Origin: an uncultured Candidatus Saccharibacteria bacterium
Lineage (GTDB): Bacteria > Patescibacteriota > Dojkabacteria > SC72
Direction of reading: 5' to 3'
DNA length: 64,000 bases
Assembly (NCBI GenBank): GCA_964610125.1
Contig: CAZSUV010000001.1
Span: 319,877 to 383,876, forward strand
Shown: piece after piece, positions 18,560-26,410 of the stretch
Position numbering within the stretch: position 1 is the first letter of the stretch
How the letters are laid out: each line of letters opens with the position of its first letter
Position numbers and translations under genes: made by a program
Notes under the pieces: generated by a model
The model's database searches: none
Told to the model about the DNA's origin: nothing
The model's input: the letters and a program-made list of their open reading frames with translations, nothing else

Positions 18560-20025
18560 TTCAGTAATTCCATTAATATATTCTTAACATCATTAGGATT
18601 AGATGCTCCTTTTGTAGCTTGCATAACCTGCCCAACCAAGAAACCCATTGTAGCTTCCTTACCACCTTTGTAATCAGCTACTGCCTTAGGATTATTGTCT
18701 AATACCTGTTTAATAATATCTTGGATATTACCAGCATTCTGTGAAGCATTCTTTTCAAACATATCTAATTCATCTGATATATCCTTGTTGTTTGAAATAC
18801 AGTCCTTTAACATCTCCTCAGCTTTACCCTTAGTAATCTTTCCCTCTTTAAACTTCATAATTAACAATGAAAGATCATTCATATCTATTTCTTTCTCCCC
18901 TTCTAAAGCGAATACTGTTCCCATTAACCAGTTAGCCGCTTCTTGAGCTGCAACTTTTGCTTCTAATTTCTCAGAGAGTAGGGTTTGTAACTTTTCAAAG
19001 TAGGAAGCATCTTTTCTAGAAGCAGATATAACTTCTGCAGCATACTGAGAAATACCCCAATCATTCATATATCTAGTTATCTTCTCATGTGGTAATTCAA
19101 TTAATTCTGATTTAACTCTTTCAATATCATCATTTGAAACTTCGATAACTGGAATATCTGGCTCTGGCATATATCTGTAGTCATCTGCAGTTTCTTTTGA
19201 TCTTTGGAATTCTGTTACATTTTTGTTTGCGTTCCAACCTCTCGTTTGCTGTATTGGTTTCTTTCCTTCTTCAAGCTCTTTGGTTAATCTTTCTACTTCA
19301 AATTCAATGGCTTTTTCAACTGCGGTTATAGAACCAATATTTTTAACTTCAACCTTTGGGTTTAATTCATAGTCTCCAATTGGTAATATTTTTCCATCTT
19401 TTTCTTCCCATCTTCCTTTTTCCTGAATAGAGATATTTGGTTCACATCTCATCTGTCCTTTCTCCATATCTGCGTCAGAGATATTCAAATATCTAGCTAT
19501 CTGCCTTACCTGGGTAGCAAAATCTTTTGCATCTTTAGCACTTCTAATACATGGTTTTGTAACGATCTCAATTAGTGGAACGCCTGATTTGTTGTAATCA
19601 ATTAGGGAGTAATCATTCTCGGATGTTGAAGAATGGTGTGTTGATTTCGCAACATCTTCTTCTTGATGGATTCTTTCAATTTTTACTTCAAAACCATTGG
19701 GTAATGTTACTGATCCATCAGAACAGATGGGATTCTTGTATTGACTAATCTGATATCCCTTTGGTAAATCAGGGTAGAAGTAGTGTTTTCGATCAAAATA
19801 TATTTCGTTTGCAATGGTACAGTTAGTAGCTAATCCCATTAATATACATAGTTCGATTGCGCGTTTGTTTGGTACTGGTAATGCTCCTGGTAATCCCATA
19901 CATACTGGGCATACATGAGTATTGGGCTCTTTCTGAAAGTAGCCAGTAGGGCATGTGCAAAACATTTTTGAATTGGTTTTGGTCTGTACATGTATTTCTA
20001 GACCAATTATTGTGTCATATTCCAT
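18556..20025 (-). CDS. gatB: Asp/Glu-tRNA(Asn/Gln) amidotransferase subunit B
   Basis: MEYDTIIGLEIHVQT...CPVCMGLPGALP GatB N-terminus. 489 aa with a GatB/YqeY C-terminal domain. Confidence 0.95.
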   Translation of the reverse strand: MEYDTIIGLEIHVQTKTNSKMFCTCPTGYFQKEPNTHVCPVCMGLPGALPVPNKRAIELCILMGLATNCTIANEIYFDRKHYFYPDLPKGYQISQYKNPICSDGSVTLPNGFEVKIERIHQEEDVAKSTHHSSTSENDYSLIDYNKSGVPLIEIVTKPCIRSAKDAKDFATQVRQIARYLNISDADMEKGQMRCEPNISIQEKGRWEEKDGKILPIGDYELNPKVEVKNIGSITAVEKAIEFEVERLTKELEEGKKPIQQTRGWNANKNVTEFQRSKETADDYRYMPEPDIPVIEVSNDDIERVKSELIELPHEKITRYMNDWGISQYAAEVISASRKDASYFEKLQTLLSEKLEAKVAAQEAANWLMGTVFALEGEKEIDMNDLSLLIMKFKEGKITKGKAEEMLKDCISNNKDISDELDMFEKNASQNAGNIQDIIKQVLDNNPKAVADYKGGKEATMGFLVGQVMQATKGASNPNDVKNILMELLK

Positions 20026-20045
20026 AGTCAGTAATGTTACCAGCT

Positions 20046-21125
20046 TTATGCGATTTCATCAAGGAAAACATCCCCTTCAGATGATTCTTTTGCAGAGATG
20101 TAATATGTGCCTCTTCCTTGTCCTTTGGCTTTTATATATCCCTTTTCTACCATATCTTGAAGGTCTCTGTATGAGGTCATGAATGAGATTCCCATCATCT
20201 TGGTATATTTATTCCTTGTTACTTTAAAGTTTACTGCAAGGTAATCCAAGAGCTTTATCTGTCTTGGATTGAGCAATACCTCTATGGCTCCCTGATTCTT
20301 TACCTTTTTAATATGTGTATCCTTGTATTCTCTAGATACCTCAATGGCATTGTAAGAAATGGTATACAGGAATGCTTCTAAGAACATTGTTAAATCGTGT
20401 TTGCCTTTGGAGAGCTTGAATGCAGAGGTTAGGTCATCTCCAAGGTACTCTAATGCTTTGGCATATGGGAAGATGTTGTCTGGATTGTAACCGTAGTTCT
20501 TTGCCAATATTTCCAATGTTAGAATTGCAGTCATTTGATTGCCTGCTAGGAATGGTGCTTTGTCTATGAACTCATACAGAAGAATTCCTAGTTTTATGAG
20601 GAAGTGGTTGTGATCTTTCCCATTCTTTACCCATTCGAATACATCATTGAAGTAGTCGTGTGGGTCTACATTTGGGTAGAAGTCTCTGAATTTGTACCAT
20701 GTGTCATATATTTCATTTGGTTTTTCACTAAATCCTCTGAGTTTAGCTAAATCCCAATCATCTGCAATGTTCTTCATCAATATCTTGTTTATGTGTGTGC
20801 TTAACTCTATTGAGGGTTTTAATGCGTTAGTTAATCCATATGAGTTTATGAAGTCTTTTACGTTTCTAAAGTTTGTGAATATTTTTAGATTTTTTCTTTG
20901 TGATGGTTGTTCTTGTCCTCTTTGTATTTGTAATGCTTTGTTGTAACCTACTGGGTATCCAATTATTTCTCCTAACTTCTCTGTGTCTTCTGCATCATAT
21001 TTCTCATGTAGTACTGTTTTGTATTTTTCTGGTAATGGGAAATGATTTATATCTGCTACTGCTAACTCATATTTGATGAGGTAATTGAGTATGAGGCTTG
21101 TTATTGTGTATTGTGGTGTTTTCAT
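20046..21125 (-). CDS. Fic/Doc-family protein with degenerate active-site motif and C-terminal winged helix
   Basis: APFLAGNQMTAI occupies the position of the canonical HPFx(D/E)GNGRxxR. The C-terminus NKYTKMMGISFMTSYRDLQDMVEKGYIKAKGQGRGTYY is the typical Fic-associated wHTH. The ORF-track start at 21203 runs antisense through tRNA-Thr, so I take Met at 21125. Confidence 0.5.
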   Translation of the reverse strand: MKTPQYTITSLILNYLIKYELAVADINHFPLPEKYKTVLHEKYDAEDTEKLGEIIGYPVGYNKALQIQRGQEQPSQRKNLKIFTNFRNVKDFINSYGLTNALKPSIELSTHINKILMKNIADDWDLAKLRGFSEKPNEIYDTWYKFRDFYPNVDPHDYFNDVFEWVKNGKDHNHFLIKLGILLYEFIDKAPFLAGNQMTAILTLEILAKNYGYNPDNIFPYAKALEYLGDDLTSAFKLSKGKHDLTMFLEAFLYTISYNAIEVSREYKDTHIKKVKNQGAIEVLLNPRQIKLLDYLAVNFKVTRNKYTKMMGISFMTSYRDLQDMVEKGYIKAKGQGRGTYYISAKESSEGDVFLDEIA

Positions 21126-21145
21126 CTGTGTATATATATTTAATA

Positions 21146-21218
21146 AGCTAATGGGTGGCCTCGAACCACCGACCTTTCCCTTACGAAGGGATTGCTCTAC
21201 CAACTGAGCTACATCAGC
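21146..21218 (-). tRNA. tRNA-Thr (anticodon CGT)
   Basis: Reverse complement GCTGATGTAGCTCAGTTGGTAGAGC..TCCCT-TCGTAAG-GGGAA..GGTGGTTCGAGGCCACC-CATTAGC-T. Confidence 0.85.
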
Positions 21219-21325
21219 TTAATGTAACGATATTGTAACAAGTGAGAGAGTATATCACAAGGCGAACATACAATTAATTGTGTTAAAGAGAAAAATATTT
21301 TTAAGTGAGGAAACTATTATTTGCG

Positions 21326-22243
21326 TTATTTTACTATTCCAATCCACTCATTGTTTCTACTAAAGTAATTGAATCCATCAGAGCTATCAGAAATAAAGTA
21401 TCCTATCCAACTGTTGGTTTTGTCAAAAACGATATAATTTGATTGATTATTTTTAATTGCATATCCTTGTTGTTGATTGTCTAAATTGTAAATTAATTTG
21501 ATTTCATCATTAGCATCAATAATATATCCTATTTTCTGGTTGTTTCTTTCAAAAAGAGAGAAACCATTAAAGTTTGGATTAAATGTTGGATTGATTACGT
21601 GATTAAAAACAGGGTTAATAGTATGGTTGTAAACAGGATTAATAGTGTGGTTGTACACAGGATTAATAGCGTGGTTATACACAGGATTAATAGCGTGGTT
21701 GTACACAGGATTAATAGCGTGGTTGTACACAGGGTTAATAGTGTGGTTGTACACAGGGTTAATAGTGTGGTTGTACACAGGGTTAATAGTGTGATTGTAC
21801 ACAGGGTTAATAGTGTGATTGTATACCGGATTTCTACCTTCTAAGTTTCTAGCAGGAGAACTAAGTATTTTTTGAGACACTAAAATAATTGCTTCGTATA
21901 TGTTAATTCCGGCAATTTCTGTATTTTTTAAATTCACAGCGGATTCTGTTACTTTTATAGTTCTGTTAAATGATGTTACAAAATGGTCTTCGGTAGAGAG
22001 AAAAGTTATTCTTGCGATACTGTTTAATTCTTCTCTAACAAGTGAATTTCGTATCTTCTCGAGCCAGTAATTCAGGATATTAATTCGGTTAGCACGATCA
22101 ATCCATGGACTACTGATAACAATTGTCCATTTATTGGCTTCTGAGTCTATTTTCATCAAAAGAAAGAGAGCGATTTCTCCTTTTTCTGTTGATATTTGTT
22201 TTATTAGATTTAATAATTTGTTTACCATTGTGTTGACATCCAT
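21326..22243 (-). CDS. octapeptide tandem-repeat protein (13x NPVYNH[TA]I) with an N-terminal globular domain and a C-terminal W-I-G-Y beta-repeat region
   Basis: Translation shows 13 consecutive NPVYNHTI/NPVYNHAI units. The C-terminus has three xWIGYxxD-like repeats. Start taken at Met 22243 (alternative 22228). The upstream part of the track ORF overlaps the HEPN gene. Confidence 0.5.
   Translation of the reverse strand: MDVNTMVNKLLNLIKQISTEKGEIALFLLMKIDSEANKWTIVISSPWIDRANRINILNYWLEKIRNSLVREELNSIARITFLSTEDHFVTSFNRTIKVTESAVNLKNTEIAGINIYEAIILVSQKILSSPARNLEGRNPVYNHTINPVYNHTINPVYNHTINPVYNHTINPVYNHAINPVYNHAINPVYNHAINPVYNHTINPVYNHTINPVFNHVINPTFNPNFNGFSLFERNNQKIGYIIDANDEIKLIYNLDNQQQGYAIKNNQSNYIVFDKTNSWIGYFISDSSDGFNYFSRNNEWIGIVK
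21599..21840. repeat. 24-bp tandem repeat, ~10 copies (ACAGGRTTAATAGYGTGRTTGTAC), coding for the octapeptide repeats
   Basis: Direct inspection: the repeat unit recurs with only G/A and C/T transitions. Confidence 0.9.
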
Positions 22244-22650
22244 GTATGAAACCCCCACCTTCTTGATGTGAGAGCTAATATTAATTCTCGAGATTGAATT
22301 TGAGAGTAAGTTCCAGAGGGTTGGTATCTTTGCTCTGGGCGCCATTGAGTTAATAATAACCAGTTAGTGTATAATTTTTTCTTTGAAATATTGGTTATAT
22401 TTACTTCTCTTTGTAATCCAGATAGTAGTAAGAGCCTATCGAAATCATGTGAACTAAAAATTGGTTTAAAGTCTCCAGTATCAGGATATTCTGAAATATT
22501 GAGATGTTTACATATACGTGCTTTTAAAGCTAGTTCTACCACATAGCCACATAAATATGCCGCTCCATCGTATAGCCCATTCCTATGCAGCACGCGTGCT
22601 TCTTTTAGCCTTACTTCGGCTAGAATTTTGAGATCATTATATTTAAGCAT
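22222..22650 (-). CDS. HEPN-domain protein
   Basis: LKEARVLHRNGLYDGAAYLCGYVVELALKARI...SSHDFDRLL closely parallels the HEPN consensus (A..LL..GLYDGAVF.AQQAAEKALKALL...THDL). Start set at Met 22650 because the track ORF N-terminus is antisense to tRNA-Gly. Confidence 0.6.
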   Translation of the reverse strand: MLKYNDLKILAEVRLKEARVLHRNGLYDGAAYLCGYVVELALKARICKHLNISEYPDTGDFKPIFSSHDFDRLLLLSGLQREVNITNISKKKLYTNWLLLTQWRPEQRYQPSGTYSQIQSRELILALTSRRWGFHTWMSTQW

Positions 22651-22676
22651 TTTCTTGATAAAAATATAATAATTCT

Positions 22677-22752
22677 TGGAGCGAGAGACGAGATTCGAAC
22701 TCGCGACATTCTCCTTGGGAAGGAGACATTCTACCAACTGAATTACTCTCGC
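22677..22752 (-). tRNA. tRNA-Gly (anticodon CCC), CCA encoded
   Basis: Reverse complement GCGAGAGTAATTCAGTTGGTAGAAT..CTCCT-TCCCAAG-GGAGA..GCGAGTTCGAATCTCGT-CTCTCGC-TCCA. Confidence 0.85.
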
Positions 22753-22771
22753 ATAATATTGTTATTCTACA

Positions 22772-22797
22772 AATAAAAAGGGACTATTTCTAGTCCC
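22772..22797. repeat. 26-bp hairpin repeat copy 1 (AATAAAAAGGGACTATTTCTAGTCCC), identical to 23969..23994
   Basis: Perfect 26/26 identity with the second copy. Internal inverted repeat GGGACTA/TAGTCCC with a 4-nt loop and flanking A-run/T-run, so it looks like a bidirectional terminator. Confidence 0.8.
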
Positions 22798-22857
22798 CAT
22801 GTTTTGGTAATGAGAATTATGTTGTATATTTTATTATTAATTTAGATTAATTGGGAT

Positions 22858-23970
22858 ATGAGCGATTTTGAATCATCAGAAGAAATAAATAATCAGCCCA
22901 TTGAAAATACTAATACAGATTCAATATTACAAAAATTTGCGAAAATGATTTCGCATAAATATACGACAGATATAAAGGATTCGACCTACCCAGAATTAGA
23001 GATTATAGATGAAAACTCCGATGGGAATATTCTTAGTAATTCAAATGAAAAAATTTTAATATCATCGGGATACGAAAGCGCGTTTGGATATAGTTCGGAG
23101 GGCTTTGCAGAAGATATAGCCAAACAAAAATCTATAGCGGATTTTGTGATTCAGAAGTTTGCTTGCAAGGGGAGAGGTGATTTCTTAGATGTGGGTTGTG
23201 GCTCAAATATACATATTGCTGATAGATTCGCCGAATCGGGAATACTTTCATTTGCAATTGATGCCCATCATCTTGATTCTTCCACTGGGGAAAGTCTATG
23301 GTCTGAACCAAGATTAAAAAATGTATCAGCCAATGGGGCTGAAATATATAGTGGTGATATTGCTGCGATTGAGGGTCAAAATAGCCAACTTAGTGGTCGA
23401 AAGTATGGGGCAGTACTTTTTAATGGTTCATGGGCTTCAGGTGGAAATAATTTCACTGTAGCTGGTGAAATCATGGAATTTAAACATTACGATAAAGGTG
23501 GCGATAGAAATGAACTTCTCCCATTCATGGATGAAGAAAAAAATAAAATACTGAAAGCATGTAAAGAGCATTTGACCCCAAATGGAGTTATGGGAATAAT
23601 TTCCTCAAGATATGCTTTTCATGGTGCGGGATACTCTTTTGACCAGTATCCTGATGAAAAACTTAGTTTTGTTGATCTATATTCCCGATTTATGGATTTA
23701 GGAGCCAAGAAAATTTATATTGTGGGACTATCCCAGGAAGGACTTGATAAACTCCTACCGAGAGAAGAAGAATTTGATGAAAAAACAAAAATTATCCGTA
23801 ATCAACTCAAATCATGTAAGAACCTCCCTATAGTTGATCTATATATTAATATTGGATCTGACCATGATGGATTCGAAAAAGAGCTAATAAAAAAGACATT
23901 GGGCAAAGTTGGAGAAATTCCTGCGTTGGATAAGATAGCAAGAATAGACGCTATATTTGCGGAGTTTTAA
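22858..23970 (+). CDS. class I SAM-dependent methyltransferase-like protein with acidic N-terminal region
   Basis: Motif I FLDVGCGSN, motif II-like AVLFNGSW and LTPNGVMGI. 370 aa. Confidence 0.4.
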   Translation: MSDFESSEEINNQPIENTNTDSILQKFAKMISHKYTTDIKDSTYPELEIIDENSDGNILSNSNEKILISSGYESAFGYSSEGFAEDIAKQKSIADFVIQKFACKGRGDFLDVGCGSNIHIADRFAESGILSFAIDAHHLDSSTGESLWSEPRLKNVSANGAEIYSGDIAAIEGQNSQLSGRKYGAVLFNGSWASGGNNFTVAGEIMEFKHYDKGGDRNELLPFMDEEKNKILKACKEHLTPNGVMGIISSRYAFHGAGYSFDQYPDEKLSFVDLYSRFMDLGAKKIYIVGLSQEGLDKLLPREEEFDEKTKIIRNQLKSCKNLPIVDLYINIGSDHDGFEKELIKKTLGKVGEIPALDKIARIDAIFAEF

Positions 23971-23994
23971 TAAAAAGGGACTATTTCTAGTCCC
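23969..23994. terminator. 26-bp hairpin repeat copy 2. Bidirectional intrinsic-terminator-like hairpin between the convergent MTase-like and YtxH genes.
   Basis: AAAAAGGGACTAtttcTAGTCCCTTTCTT: 7-bp stem, T-run on the + strand, A-run (T-run on the - strand) on the other side. It overlaps the TAA stop at 23968-23970. Confidence 0.6.
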
Positions 23995-24021
23995 TTTCTT
24001 AAATCAATATTAATCTATTGG

Positions 24022-24390
24022 TTATTTGTTAAACTCTGTCTTAACCATATCCCAATCATTTCGTAACTGAGTGCCTAATTTCTTAGCAGCTTCTGCAGTT
24101 ACAACACCATCCTGCTTAACCTCATCAATAACCTCATTAACTAAATCCATATACTTAGATTCATCTAACTTTGCTCCAAGTTTCTTTACATTAGCTAATT
24201 TCTTTTCCATCATCTTTCTTGTAGCTGTATACATATCAACAGCCTTCTCTGTATATTCCTTAGCTAACTTTTTAATATCCTCTTGTGTCTCCTTACCAGA
24301 CTTAGGTGCTAAAAGAATACCAGCTGCAGCTCCAGCGATAGCTCCAATGAATAGTCCTTTCAAAAATGAAAATGCTTTGTCTCCGTCCAT
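24022..24390 (-). CDS. YtxH-like (DUF948) membrane-associated protein
   Basis: N-terminal GLFIGAIAGAAAGILLAPKSGKETQEDIKK and a coiled acidic/basic C-terminus. 122 aa. Confidence 0.6.
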   Translation of the reverse strand: MDGDKAFSFLKGLFIGAIAGAAAGILLAPKSGKETQEDIKKLAKEYTEKAVDMYTATRKMMEKKLANVKKLGAKLDESKYMDLVNEVIDEVKQDGVVTAEAAKKLGTQLRNDWDMVKTEFNK

Positions 24391-24446
24391 ATGAATATAT
24401 TTAACAAATTATATATATCCATATTAGCTCAAGGAGAAAAAAATAG

Positions 24447-24551
24447 CTACTTCTTCTGTTTAGTCATTTTAACAATGAGATATGCAATGACTAAAAGTAA
24501 CAATGGGGTTACTACAGCTACTAAGATTGTTCCAAAAGATATCGTGTTCAT
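24447..24551 (-). CDS. possible 34-aa single-TM micropeptide (MNTISFGTILVAVVTPLLLLVIAYLIVKMTKQKK)
   Basis: Open frame in the 180-nt gap between YtxH and rnhB, not in the ORF track (<60 aa). No clear SD. Confidence 0.2.
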   Translation of the reverse strand: MNTISFGTILVAVVTPLLLLVIAYLIVKMTKQKK

Positions 24552-24568
24552 AGATATATGGTAACATA

Positions 24569-25222
24569 TTGAATATGGTATATCCAACATTAGATCTAGA
24601 AAAGAAACTTTGGAAAAAAGGTTTTAAAATTGTAGTAGGTATTGATGAAGCAGGAAGAGGACCTTTAGCAGGTCCTGTGGTGGCTGGATGTGTATGTATT
24701 ACTTCTCCTGATCAGGTTGTGGATATTGTAAGGGATAGTAAGAAGATGACTGAAAGACAGAGGAATGAGGCATTCGATCTCATTATGCAAAAATCCAAAG
24801 GGTATGGCGTAGGTATTGTTGATGCAAAACGTATAGACAAGGTTGGTATTAGGCAAGCTGTATTAGAAGCGATGACTAAGGCCGTGGAAGAGACGGAGAA
24901 GATGCTTAAACAAAGAGTGGAATATATCATTGCGGATGGAGGGATTATGTTGATTGAGGGATACAATATGGAGAGTATAAACAAGGGGGATTTAAATCAC
25001 TATTCCATAGCTGCGGGATCTGTATTGGCGAAAGTAACTAGAGACAGGATTATGAATCAGTATGCTAATCAATTTCCTAAATATGGGTTTGAAAAGCACG
25101 TAGGATATGGTACTAAATTACATATGGATATGATTAAGAAATATGGAGCATGTGAGATACATAGGATGAGTTTTGCGCCGTTTAATAGTAAACCTATTGA
25201 CGAGGGTTATAGGTCACTGTAA
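24569..25222 (+). CDS. rnhB: ribonuclease HII
   Basis: VGIDEAGRGPLAGPVV RNase HII catalytic motif. 217 aa. Confidence 0.9.
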   Translation: MNMVYPTLDLEKKLWKKGFKIVVGIDEAGRGPLAGPVVAGCVCITSPDQVVDIVRDSKKMTERQRNEAFDLIMQKSKGYGVGIVDAKRIDKVGIRQAVLEAMTKAVEETEKMLKQRVEYIIADGGIMLIEGYNMESINKGDLNHYSIAAGSVLAKVTRDRIMNQYANQFPKYGFEKHVGYGTKLHMDMIKKYGACEIHRMSFAPFNSKPIDEGYRSL

Positions 25223-25253
25223 GCTAGAAGTAGTAAATTCTACAATATCAAGT

Positions 25254-26276
25254 ATGGTTAATGATCCCAACATTGAACACAGTCAAGAGAGTAAGTGGAT
25301 ATTGGATAAAATTGTTGAAGGAACGCGTATTAACACTGTTTTTATATATCCATTTAACGAGCTTAGGGACAAAGAAACTGCCACAGTAGAGCTTTTTGAA
25401 GCTTTAGCTAACATGAATGTTTGCGAACCAGATGAGGTTGTTGATTGGGATAACATGGCCATACTTCTTTCAAAAGATACTGAGTTTGGATTGAGACTCC
25501 TTTTATTAGATAGAAAACTTACAGAAAAAGATGCATCAGTATTTAGTTTGAATATGCAAAAAGGCCTTTTTTATATTGGTATGCAAGTAGATACTGAAGG
25601 AAACATATTTTCTATTGTCTCTAATAATATCGATCCTGAATTTCGTTTAGCAGAAGTAAATATGATTGCGGGGCACCACATGTTGAATAATGCACTAATG
25701 GGAATAATTCTAAGAAATTCATACTTTGATCATACTGTTGATGGATATCCTTTTTTGAAGAAAGGAAAACCAGACTTAGAATACGATTTTGAGAATGTGG
25801 AAGGTGATGAAGAAGGGCATATCGTGAATAAAGATGGAAAGAAAAAACTTAAAAAAGAAATATTAAACGAAATAAAGGAATTGTTGAAGGGAAAGAGTTT
25901 AATACAGACTAACTTAACAAAAAAAGGATACGAAAGTTTTGATCTAAGTGAATCTTTTTTACGTGATTCTTTAGAAAGGTTAGGTTTCCCAAAAGAAAGA
26001 TTAGATTCTTTAAAGGCAAGGATATATGCCTATCATAGTGAAAAAGGAGAATTTGGGTTATTTCTTGTAGAGAAACAATTTAAAGATTCTGAGGTTATTG
26101 GCTCAAAAGAAATGCATTGTGGAATTGGGATTTCTGCCAAAGGGAAATTGAACTTTTATGTCTCAACAGATTATGGAGTTCAGGAGGAAATGGTGTCTGA
26201 GAAGGATGCAGGGTTGCGCTATTATGAATTTATCAATAGGTTGCTTTTCTGTGTTAGGTGTCTAAATAGTAAGTAG
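25254..26276 (+). CDS. hypothetical protein
   Basis: The long ORF (track 25173..26276) overlaps the rnhB 3' end, so I take Met at 25254. No recognisable motifs. Confidence 0.3.
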   Translation: MVNDPNIEHSQESKWILDKIVEGTRINTVFIYPFNELRDKETATVELFEALANMNVCEPDEVVDWDNMAILLSKDTEFGLRLLLLDRKLTEKDASVFSLNMQKGLFYIGMQVDTEGNIFSIVSNNIDPEFRLAEVNMIAGHHMLNNALMGIILRNSYFDHTVDGYPFLKKGKPDLEYDFENVEGDEEGHIVNKDGKKKLKKEILNEIKELLKGKSLIQTNLTKKGYESFDLSESFLRDSLERLGFPKERLDSLKARIYAYHSEKGEFGLFLVEKQFKDSEVIGSKEMHCGIGISAKGKLNFYVSTDYGVQEEMVSEKDAGLRYYEFINRLLFCVRCLNSK

Positions 26277-26336
26277 GTATTGTCAATAATTGATATCAAG
26301 GATATAATCTTCAGTTATTCATGTATTTATATACAT

Positions 26337-26410
26337 GGGCCGCTAGCTCATCCGGTTAGAGCAACTGCCTTTTAAGCAGTAGGTGCTGGGTCCGAGTCCC
26401 AGGCGGCTCA
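26337..26410 (+). tRNA. tRNA-Lys (anticodon TTT). Its 3' end is the integration site (attL) of an integrative element.
   Basis: GGGCCGCTAGCTCATCCGGTTAGAGC-ACTGC-CTTTTAA-GCAGT-AGGTG-CTGGG-TCCGAGT-CCCAG-GCGGCTC-A. The T-loop is TCC, not TTC. No CCA encoded. Confidence 0.85.

Noticed and set aside
20046-21203. N-terminal 26 codons of the Fic-like ORF as given in the track
   Set aside because: That segment is the antisense of tRNA-Thr. The start was moved to Met 21125. The same logic was applied to 22222..22737 (start moved to 22650) and 62298..62876 (start moved to 62370).
21599-21840. Possible CRISPR array
   Set aside because: The repeats are directly adjacent with no spacers, are in-frame coding sequence, and there are no cas genes nearby.
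21599-21844. 81-aa plus-strand ORF (VNSVVVHRINS repeats)
   Set aside because: It is the antisense reading of the 24-bp tandem repeat. The sense frame (NPVYNHTI) is part of a longer coherent protein.
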